Assembly (NCBI GenBank): GCA_009784185.1
Contig: WRCD01000001.1
Span: 55,255 to 119,254, forward strand
Length of the DNA stretch: 64,000 nt
Reading direction: 5' to 3'
Origin: Bacillota bacterium
GTDB taxonomy: Bacteria > Bacillota > Clostridia > Christensenellales > UBA1242
Both the position numbers and the translations under genes were made by a program. This document shows, piece by piece, positions 31,301 through 43,300 of the stretch. How positions within the stretch are numbered: the first letter of the stretch is position 1; every line of letters begins with the position of its first letter. The notes under the pieces are model-generated. The model was given only the letters and a program-made list of their open reading frames with translations, was not told the DNA's origin and did no database searches.

Positions 31301-34300
31301 TTAACAGTTACGCAAACCGCCAACGGAACCATTGAATTTGACAGCGCCACGGCTGTTACAAGGTCGTTTGACTATGGTTCAACACCAAAATACGACATTG
31401 TTCCGGCAACGGGTTATGGTATTGACAAAATTATAATCGGCGGAACGGAGCTGTCCGGCATTGCATTAACAAATGCTATTGCGGCAGGCTCATACACTTT
31501 TGCCGCAATCACAGCAGCAACCAGCATTGAAGTAACATTTAAAAAGATTGTGTTTACAATTGAGGCAAGCGCAGGCAGCAACGGAAGCATTACGCCAAGC
31601 GGTTATGTAAGCGTAAACCACGGCGAAAATGAGTCATTTACTTTTAACCCGTCAACAGGATATAGAGTTGTTGGGGTTGAAATAGACGGAACTGCCTTAA
31701 CAAGCACCGCGCTTGAGGATGTTATTAATGCTAACGGCTACACTTTTACCAACGTAACGGGTGACGGACATTCTATTCATGTAACATTTACAATCATACA
31801 ATATACAGTTACGGCAAGCGCAGGCGGCAACGGAAACATAAGCCCAAGCGGTGCGGCAACAATCAATCATGGCAGCAACAGTGCAGTTTACACGTTTGCG
31901 CCCGCAACCGGCTACTATGTTGAAAGCATTGTTATTGACGGAACAACCATCTACACAAGTGCAGACCCGGAATTTGCAGGCTTTGTTGCAAGCGGTTATC
32001 AGTTTGTGGGCGTAACGGGACAGCGTACGATTCATGTAACCTTTGCAATATACACTTACGACATTACGGTTACTGCAACCGGCAACGGAACGGTTGAACC
32101 AACAGCCGGCACATTGAGCGGCGGCAAGCTGACAGTAAACTACGGTGCTACGCCAACCTTTACAATAACTCCTGCTGCAAACCACCACATTGTAAGCATA
32201 ACAGTTGGCGGAGCAATAGTAGCTAATGCCAACTCATACACATTTACAGCAGTTACTGCAAACACCAGCATTGCGGTTGTGTTTGCAATTGACGCATATA
32301 CAGTAAGTTTTGTAACAACTAATGCGGTACATAGGCCGGCCTCCAGTTGGGTATCTTACACCATTGCGCCAACAACCATAGACCACGGAGCAGTATGGAC
32401 AGTGCCAAGCTTAGCAGGCGTGCGCCATGTAAGCACGTTTGCAAATGCAATCGGATTTACAGTAACAAGCGGACCAAATACGGGAGCAACCGTATACACT
32501 CCCGGCCAGACTATAACTATAACGGGAACGACAACAATAACAATCGTGTTTGACACAGGCACGTCGTGGTCTGTTACGCTTGACGAGGGCGACAGCAACA
32601 TCAGGACTAATTTCATAACCGGACAGCTGGCCACCGACAACCTGCCGGATGCGCCAAACTACAGCAAAGCCAACCATGATTTCCTTGGTTGGAGTTTAAC
32701 GTACATCAGCCCGAGTGCTGCAGCAGCGCTTGACGCAACGGGTCTTGCGGCATTGATAGCCGGAGGAACCAGTGTTAACGCAGACAACGCAAACGGCAAG
32801 ACCTATTACGCAGTATGGCGCGGAACGGCGCAGGCAGTGACGTTTAAAGACCATGACGGAACGACATTAGGAACAGACAGTATATACTATAATGAAAGCA
32901 TAGCGGCATTAACGCCGCCTGCTGCCGGCGCATGGAATTGGGACGACAGAGAATACTATTACACATTCAAAGGCTGGAGTACAAGCCAGCAGGTATATTG
33001 GACAACCGGCAACGTGGACAACGCAAGCTGGAACGAAGGGGTGCTAAGCTTCCCGCAGACTATAACGGGAGCAACCAACTATTACGCAGTATACACAAGA
33101 GCAATTAAGTATTATACTGTTACATGGATAAGTGATAACAACGCAACAACTACACAAAGCACGTACAGATACGATGATGTAATAAGCATTCCGGGCTATA
33201 CAGCCCCATCCAACACTGCTACATGGACATATACCTTTGTTGGCTGGAGAATAACTGTGCAGACCGACTTTGACACCGATACCGGCGGCACTGTTGCGCT
33301 TACCGGAACCAAGGTAACGGCAGATGCAACCTATTATGCTATATTCAGCAGGGCAGCAACCTTGCACACCATCAACTGGTACAACTTTGACGGAACCCTA
33401 ATAAAGAGTGACAGCCTTGCAAACGGGTTAAGTTTAACATTGCCAACTTTAGGAGCAGGCGGCTTTAACGCGCCATCCAACACCGTGGCATTGTCATACA
33501 CGTTTAAAGGCTGGAGCCACACCAACACCGGACATAATGGCGCAACAATTGCAACACCAACGGTTGTTGAGGCATCACTCCCCGGCACCGGCGGGCAAAC
33601 CATAAATTACTATGCAATATTCAATCAGTTTGCAACACCATATGTTGTAACCTTTGTTACAACCAATGCAGTGGAGTTGGTTAGCGGCAACTGGGAGCCA
33701 TATACTGTTGACACAAGCAACAGTGCTACATACTCGTTCTATGGCGGTGTGTGGACCGTGCCTGACTTAACCGGCATACGCCATGCAACCACATACGCGG
33801 ATGCAATCGGATTTAGAATTACCAGCGGAACCGGTTCGGGCTCAACTGTGTACTCATTTGGTGACGCAATCAACTTTGCAATAACCATACAAAGCGCAAC
33901 CACAATTACAATTGTGTTTGCTGCAGGCACGTCATGGTCAATTACACTTGACGAGGGCGACAGCAACATCAGGACTAATTTCATAACCGGACAGCTGGCC
34001 ACCGGCGACTTACCGGCAGCGCCAAACTACAGCAAAGCCAACCATGATTTCCTTGGCTGGAGTTTAACCATGTACACGCCAAGCCAGGCGGCAGCACTCA
34101 GCGGGCAGACCCTGCAGGATATTGAAGACACCAAAACAGGAAGCTACAGCGTAACTGCAGACAGTCCTACAGGCTTAACCTATTACGCTGTTTGGAGAGG
34201 AACGGCGCAGACTGTTACGTTCAACGAATGGAGAGGAGCGTCTGCAACTCAGATAACAACGCAGCAAATCTTCTACAACGAGAGCGTATCGTTTGGCGGC

Positions 34301-37300
34301 ACAGTACCGGCAAACTGGGAAGATGTTGAATACAAATATACTTTCATCGGCTGGAACACCACGCAACAAGTTTATTGGAACGCGGCAGTTGGCGGCGGCA
34401 GAGACAATGCAGCATGGAACGAAAGCGTGCTGGCATTCCCGCAGACCATTACAGCACCAAGAGACTATTATGCGGTATATAAAAGAGAAATTAAATATTA
34501 CACATTAACCTGGACAAACTATGACGACGCAGAGACTGTACAATCATCATACAGACATAATGCAACCATTAATATCCCGAGCGTAAGCGGTCCATCAAAC
34601 GATGCTACATGGACATATACATTTGCGGGCTGGAGAACAACCGGGGCGCAATCAGACTACAGTGACCAGGATAACCTTATATCAGTATCTGCGCTTACCG
34701 GAACTCAGGTAACGGCTGATGTAACATATTACGCATTGTTCAGCAGGGCAGCAACCTTGCATACCATCAACTGGTATAACTTTGACGGAACCCTAATAAA
34801 GAGTGACAGCCTTGCAAACGGGGCAGGTTTAACATTGCCAACTTTAGGAGCAGGCGGCTTTAACGCACCATCCAACACCGTAGCGCTGTCATACTCGTGG
34901 AAAGGCTGGAACACCACCAACACTAACTGGGGCGGCGCAACAATAGCAAACCCAACCGTGGTTAATGTAGCAACTCCGGGCACAGGCTCAGTTACAATTG
35001 ACTACTATGCAATTTTCAACCAGTTTGCAACACCATACACCGTAACATTTGACACAACCGGTGCCGAGAAAGAGAGTGTTCTAGGAAACGGAAACTGGGC
35101 TCCGTTCACTATTACCCAGGAAATAATAGGCTATGGTTCAACCTGGACAGTAATAGGTTTGACCGGTGTGCGAAACGAAGTAGGCTATGCAAACGCAATA
35201 GGCTTCCGGGTAACAAGCGGACCAAATACGGGAGCAACCGTATACACTCCCGGCCAGACTATAACTATAACGGGAACGACAACAATAACAATAGCGTTTG
35301 CTTCAGGTACGTATTTCATTACCTTGGATGAAGGCGACGGCAATGTTAGACACAACTACATAACCGGACAAAACGCACCGGGCACATTACCAAGTTTGCC
35401 GAACTACAGTAAGGCCGACCATGATTTCCTTGGCTGGAGTTTAACGTATATTTCACCAAGCGAGGCGGCCAAACTGGATAGCTCAGAAGAAGCTAACTTG
35501 GCAGCAACCAAGGGGGGAGCCGTTACCGCAACGGGCGAGTTGGTATATCGTGCGGTCTGGCGCGGAACGGCGCAGGCGGTTAATTTCTATGATTGGAGAG
35601 GTGTAAGTGTTGGTTCAGCAATAGATACACAAGCAATTTTCTACAACGAAAATATACTATCATTTGGCGGAGTTGCACCGTCCAACTGGGACGACAGAGA
35701 ATACTATTACACATTCAAAGGCTGGAGTACAAGCCAGCAGGTATATTGGACAACCGGCAACGTGGACAACGCAAGCTGGAACGAAGGGGTGCTTTCATTC
35801 CCGCAGACTATAACGGGAGCAACCAACTATTACGCAGTATACACAAGAACAATTAAGTATTACACAATCACTTGGAAGAACTATGATGACACAACTGCAG
35901 CAACACAAACCACGTACAGATACGGAGATGCAATAACACCTCCAAGTGCAAAAGCCGTACCTAACGACGAGTTGTTTATATACACCTTCCTTGGCTGGAG
36001 GATATCAACGGCGCAGACAGACTATGACACAGACGTGTCCGGTTTCAGCACAAGCCTTGGCACAATCTCTGGCAATGCAACCTATTACGCAGGCTTCAGC
36101 AGAGTGGACACAGAGCATACCGTAAACTGGTATAACTTTGACGGAACACTGATAAAGAGCGAGCTTCTTAAAATAGGCGCTGCAATTACAGAGCCGACAG
36201 CTCACGGCAACTACAAAGTGCCGTCAATCACAGTATCAAGCGTATACTCGCTTAAGGGCTGGAACACAAGCCTTACCGCACACAACGGAAGCGTGATAAC
36301 GCTGGATGCAAACCTTACACTGACATCAAACGGTGCAGTGGTTATAAACTATTACGCAGTGTTTAACGAAACGCCGAGACCGTACACAGTTACGTTCGTT
36401 ACAACCAACGCAGTGCAATATGTTACAGACGCGTGGGTGTCGTATACAATTACTGGTGAAACCATCAACTTCGGTTCAACCTGGACGGTTCCAAGCTTAG
36501 CCGGCATACGACACGCAACCACATATGCAAACGCAACCGGTTTCAGAATAACAAGCGGAACGGGCTCCGGAGCAACTGAATATACGCCCGGTCAAACGAT
36601 AACCATACAAAGCGCAACCACAATCACAATAGTGTTTGCTGCAGGAACTTCGTGGTCAATTACACTCGACGAGGGCGACAGCAACATAGTACCTGACTAC
36701 ATAACCGGACAGAATGCAACCGGCAGCTTGCCGGCAGCACCGACGTACGACAAGACCAACTATGATTTCTTAGGTTGGAGCGCAACATACGTGTCGCCAA
36801 GCCAGGCAGCAGCAGGTCTCGGCACGATTATAGCCGGCGGAACGAGTGTTACTGCGGACAGTGCAAGCGGCAAGACCTATTACGCTGTTTGGAGAGGAGA
36901 AGAACAAGAAGTTAACTTCTACAACTGGGACGGCACAAGCCAGACACTGGTTCAGACTGTAAAAGTTTATTACGGAGAATCTGCAGCGAGTATATTTACA
37001 GCAGGTAATCCGTCTATTACACAAACAAACTTCTACACCTTTGCTTTTGAGGGCTGGAACACAACCAAGCAGGTTCACGGAATACGAAACGGCTCATGGA
37101 GCGAAGCAACAGTGACACCCGGCACAATTCTGGCTCCGACGGACTATTATGCTGTTTACAAGCGAACCATGAGAACGTATAGCATAAACTGGTACGACTA
37201 TGACGGCACATTGGTAACTGCTCAGAACGGGCTGGAATATGATGCTGTAATATCAGCACCAAGCCCGACAAAAGCTCCAACTTCGGTTTCACACAACTAT

Positions 37301-40300
37301 GCTTTTGCCGGCTGGCGAGTAACATCTCAAAGTATTGGAGACGACGAATATAACTTCGGTGACCTAGCTGGTGTTATTACAAACTTTGCAGGAATTAACG
37401 TAACGGCCTCAAACGTATATTACGCCCTATTTAGCCAGTCAATTAAAGTTTACTCAATTACGGCAAGCGCAGGCAGCAACGGAAGCATTGCTCCTGCCGG
37501 AAGCGTTGCGGTTAACCACGGAGCAAGCCGTACGTTTACGTTCAGTCCTGCTGCTAATCACCACGTGGCAAGCATTACAGTTGACGGAACAACCTATACA
37601 AGTGCCGACGGTGCAACCTTTGACGGCTATGTTAGCGGCGGCTACACTTTTAGCAATGTAACTGCAAACGGACACACAATAAGCGTAACGTTTGCAATTG
37701 ACCAGCGCACAATTACGGTAACAACAACCGGCAGCGGAACAGTTACAACCGCAACAGGCAGCACAAGCGGAAACGTTGTGACTGTTAATTATGGTGCTAC
37801 ACCAACCTTTACAATAACTCCTGCTGCAAACCACCACATTGTAAGTATAACAGTTGGCGGAGTGGCGCTTGACGGCACAACCAACCCAACATTGGCAGCA
37901 GTTATTTTGGCTGGGGCATATCAGTTTGCAAGCGTAACAGCCAACACAAGCATTGCAGTTGTGTTTGCAATTGACCAGCGCACAATTACCGCAAGCGCTG
38001 GAGCCAACGGTAATATTTCTCCAATCGGAAATGTTTCGGTTGACTACAACGGCAGCCAGAAGTTTACCTTTGCAGCAGATGCAAACTACCATATTGCAAG
38101 CCTTGTTGTAATAATTAACGGCGTGCAGGTATCCGGCCCATCAATTGCAGCGGCTATTACGGCAGGTGAATACACGTTTACCAACGTAACAACAGATTGT
38201 TCAATAAGTGTAACGTTTGCAATTGACACGTACACAATTTCAGCAAGCGCAGGCAGCAATGGTAATATTTCTCCTGCCGGAAGCGTTTCTGTTGACCATG
38301 GCGCAGACCAGACATTCACGTTCCATCCGGCTGCCAACTACCATGTGGCCAGCATTACGGTTGACGGAACAACCTATACAAGCGGCGCAACCTTTGACGG
38401 CTTTGTTAGCGGCGGCTACACATTCAGCAATGTAACCACAACGCACACAATAAGCGTAACGTTTGCAATTAATACAAATGCAATTACAGCAAGCACAGGC
38501 AGCAATGGTAATATTTCTCCAAGCGGAATCGTAAATGTAAATTACGGCGCCAGCAGCCCGGCCTTTACGTTTACACCAAACACAGGCTATGAAATTGACC
38601 AAGTGCTGGTTAACGGTGTTAACAATGCAGGAGCGGTATCAAGCGGCACGTACACGTTTATAAGTGTTACGTCAGCCCAGACTATTTCTGTAACGTTCAA
38701 GCTTAAATCGTATACTATAACAATAACAACCGGCTCAAACGGAACCACTCACTTAAATGACAATGCAAGCCCGGTTGGCGGAAGCGTTGAGGCTGACCAC
38801 TTCAGCACGCCAAAGTTTACTTTCGTTCCCGCAACCGGCTACAGGGTTATAGCCATAAGTGTTGATACGGGCAGCGGCAGTCTTACCGCCTTAACCGGAA
38901 CTGCTCTAACAAACGCAATCAGCGGCGGCTACACGTTTGCAAGCATAACGGGCAGCAGAGCAATCTCTGTTACATTCGATAAGATTCTTTACACAATTAC
39001 AGCAAGCACGGGCAGCAATGGTAGTATTTCTCCTGCCGGAAGTGTTTCGGTGAGACACGGCGAAGATGAGGCCTTTACATTCACACCAAACACAGGCTAT
39101 GAAATTGACCAAGTGCTGGTTAACGGTGTTAACGATGCGGGAGCGGTACCAAGCGGCACATATACGTTTACAAACGTAACTACCACTCATACAATTAGTG
39201 TAACGTTTAAGCTTAAAACATACACAATTACGGCAAGCGCAGGCAGCAACGGAAGCATAAGCCCAAGCGGAAATGTTCCGGTTAACCACGCGGCAAGCCA
39301 GGCCTTTATGTTTGTGCCTGATGCAAACTATCATGTGGAAAGCATTACTATAAACGGCACAACTTATACAAGTGCCGACGGGGCAGCCTTTGACGGATAT
39401 GTAAGCCTGGGTTACACATTCAGCAACGTAACGGCAAACGGAAACTCAATTAGTGTAACCTTTGCAATTGATGCTTACACAGTTTCTTTCAGAGACGGAC
39501 TTAGCGGTACCGGCTGGGCAGTTTCGGGCAGCGGTGTTGGCCAAAGCAACTCGGTTGACTGGGACAATGACTTCTACTTCTTTGCAAACGTAACCACCGG
39601 CTACGAAAATCTTACTGTTAGATACACGATTAACGGTGCTGTTACAGAATATAATGCAGTTCCGGGCTTAGAGCCAAACGAGTACTATATTCCTAATGTG
39701 CAGGGCACAATTCAGATAGTTGTTTCATCAAGCATTATTAAGCTTAATGTTGAGTGGAAAAACGGCTACAGCGGTGCAGGCTGGAGCACGGAAAATGTTG
39801 ATGAACAAGTTAACTACGGCGGCAGTTATTTAATTTCCATTTTACTGGACGGTCATTACAGGCAGACAACACCAAAGATTTTAATCAACAATGTTGAGGT
39901 ATTATCGGGTATCTCTTACAACTCAACCACCGGTGTTGCAACATATACCATATCAAACATCATTCTGGACAGAGAAATTGAGATTGTTGTTGTGCCTAAC
40001 GTATACAATGTTACTTTGGACAGCACGCCAAGCACCAGCCCTGTTAACTGGGTGTTTGACGATACAGGTTATACTAAAAATATTACTTACAGCCCAACCG
40101 CCGAAGATGACTACGAGTTTACAATTACGGTAAACAACGTTGCATATGACCCGGAAACTCTTATTGTAAGGTTTAACGGCGTTATTGCGTATAGCGACAC
40201 TGTTCTTGGCGGACTCATTGACGGCATTGATGTAGGTGTTGCCGTAAGCGGCACCAACAACGAAATATTTACCTTCACAATTCCTCAGATGATTAAACAC

Positions 40301-43300
40301 CTAAACATTACAATTGAATTGGGCTTGAATGTTTATACTGTTACCAAATCCACAGAAGAAAGAGTAACAATAAACTTTGAAAACGGAGACGGCATTACAA
40401 GAGCGCACGGTCAGCCGTTTACCTTTACCGTTACTGTGGACGAATCTGCAACCCAGAACACGCCGGAATTTAGAATTAACGGCACAGGCAGCTGGATTGC
40501 AATGGCAAGAGTTGGAGCTACCAACACTTACACATACACCATTTCAAGCATGACAGAGAGCATTGTAATAAGCGCAAGGGCCGCAGTTAATACCTACAAT
40601 GTAACCTGGAACGGCAACAATTACAGCGGAACCGGCTGGAGCACTGCAAACGTAAACGATACTGTAACCTGGAACGGAGAATACACGTTCACGATTGATG
40701 TTGACTCAAGCACTCACAACTCTGCAACTCTTGTGGTTACGGTTAACCATGCTGAAATTTTTGCGGACCAGTTTGGTGTTTATACAATTTCGGCAATAAA
40801 AGGCAACCAGACAATCCGCGTGGTTTCTCTCGACTGGAATGTTTACAATGTGTCTGTTTCGGGCGGCAGCCTGTCACCGGCAGGCTGGGTGGTTTCGGAC
40901 GGCGATATTGTAAATGCAGCCACAAACCCGATTGAACACGGTTCCAACTTTGTGTTTAACGCAGCGCTTAAAACGGGCTACAACACATTGGTTGTTAAAT
41001 ACACAATGGTTGGATTTGACAGCGGCAACCCGCAAACAATTGCCGGCGTGCTGGGAGTTTACACAATTCCTAACGTAATCGGTGATGTTGTTATTACGGT
41101 TACTTCAATAATTAATGAATATTCGGTATCGTTTGTTGGCGGAGTTACGGAGGCTGCCGGCTGGATTGTTACCGACGTATTAGATACGAGCCCGGTTAAG
41201 CATGGCTTTGGTTTTGCCTTTGAGGCAGAAACCAAAGAAGGGTACAACACGCTTGTTGTTACCTACACAATGGCCGGAACGCCCGGCACACACATTGTGG
41301 ATGCAGTTGGCGGGGTTTACACTATAGAAAACATTACAGGCGCAGTTGTTATTGCATTGTCGTCAAGCATTAATACATACACGGTAACAATTCCGGAAGG
41401 CGGAGCCGGACAAGGCTTTACCGCCGCAACAGCAGACGGAGATGTTGACTGGGGCAGCAGCTTTACGTTTACAATTGCTTTAGACAGTAAGCACGACCTT
41501 AACATTCCGACAGTTACCGTAACAAGAACAGGGCAGGCAGCCGATGTTCTTGACGAAGAAATTAACAACGCATATTACTCGCTTTCGGTTGCAAGAAACG
41601 CAAACGGACGCATTACTTCAATCACTGTTGTAATTAAACAGGTTAAGGAAGACGCTGATGTTGACATTCAGCCGATTGTAAACAGATACACAATTTCGCT
41701 TACCGGCAATGCGTACGGCTCAATTGCAATTCATGCTTCGGACCTGGATACCGATTATGAGCACGGTTCGGACATCAGAATTATTGTAACACCTAATGCA
41801 GGGTACAACTTCCTGTATTTAAGCAGTAATCCGTCGGGCGTTTATGGGGTTACATATCAGGTAACCGTAACCGTAAGCGGTATTACCAACCACATGACTA
41901 TTGAAGCAATATTTGCCGAGAATCCGGTTACAACAATTTATTTTGACCCTAACGGCGGAAGAATAACCAGCGGTGCGGGCGTAATTCAGCAAGTTTCGGG
42001 CAACGGCGGACTGACTGCCAACGTAAGCGGCATTGAAGAGCCTAAGAGGGTTGGATACGTATTCCAGGGCTGGAACGAAAACGCCGCCGGAACAGGTGCG
42101 TTTGTAGATACTTTTGTGTTCAGCTATAATGAAACCACAGGCGTTACATATTATGCAATATGGGCGCTGAGGGAATACGAGATTATTGTTGACCTTGCCG
42201 AAATGGTTGACGCCGGCGAAACCCCTGTTCAGGCAGGAAAAGACCCCGGTTACTTCTCGCTTGACACAAATTATTACATAGGTTTTGATGACGGCTTGTA
42301 TATGGTTGAATGGCTGGTTTGGTTTGACAGCGGCTTTACTCCGCTTGGAAGCATTATGCCGTATCTCAACATAAAAGATATTTTTGCTAATAATGACAAG
42401 GGGCTGGAGCTTTTGGCAAGATACGAGATTCCTACAGGAGGATATTACCAGCTTAGATTCCAGCCAAGAGTTGAACTTGCCCCATACTCAATTACCGCAA
42501 CAATTATCAACGGTGCTGAGGCAACAATTACAGTTACAACAAACAAAGGAACTCAGGCGCTTACCAACAATATGCCGGTTCAGGTTTCCGGAGATGATGT
42601 TACAATTTCTATTAAAGTTTCAAAAGTGTACAAAGTTATTTGCGGCGAACTTGCTTTTGACAGTACGCTTTTGAGCGGAAACGGAATAATGGAATATACT
42701 TTCACATTCCCGGCAGCACTTGTGTCAAACTTTGTCTTCACAGTTGAGTTTGAAGAAATTGATTACAAGCTTGTTCTAGCGGCAGAAGTGTCACCTGCCG
42801 ACGCACCGCCGCTGGTGGTTCTTAACCACCACTGGGCTTCTTCTGACGAGTTGTCTATGCTGCTTGGCGCTGACAGAACAACAATCATGCAGATAAATGC
42901 GCCGCAAGGGCACAGCTTTATACGATACTCTGTTATAGACAAAGACGGTGTGTATTGGACTCTCTCGGACAAAACCGTTGCTCAGCTTGTTGTTGGGGTT
43001 ACGCTTGTAACAAACGGCTTTGTAACAAAAACCTTCTGGCTTGAAGACTTCCTGCGCAGCATTGGTTCGGGCGAGGAAGGAATTGTTGTTGTTGCGCATT
43101 ACGTTGTTCGGCAAACAGTTAAGGCGGAGTTGGCTGCCGGCAGCAACAGTTTATGGGGAAGCATAGAGGTGTTCTATCTTGACCCTGACTTTAACGCCGC
43201 TTCCGAATACAACAAATTACTCCAGGAAATGATTGAAGCTCATCCGCTTCTTGACAACGACCTGCTTACGCGTGACGGTGGTCTGGAGCCGTGGGAAGAA

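Noticed and set aside
37454-38092. Long antisense ORFs within the giant genes and housekeeping genes (for example 37454-38092, 49494-50282, 47459-47827, 21997-22599, 1938-2513, 31697-32188)
   Set aside because: These are shadow ORFs on the strand opposite strongly supported genes. Their peptides are Cys/Arg/Asn-rich and low in complexity, they lack SDs, and stop-poor antisense frames are expected from the repetitive codon composition.
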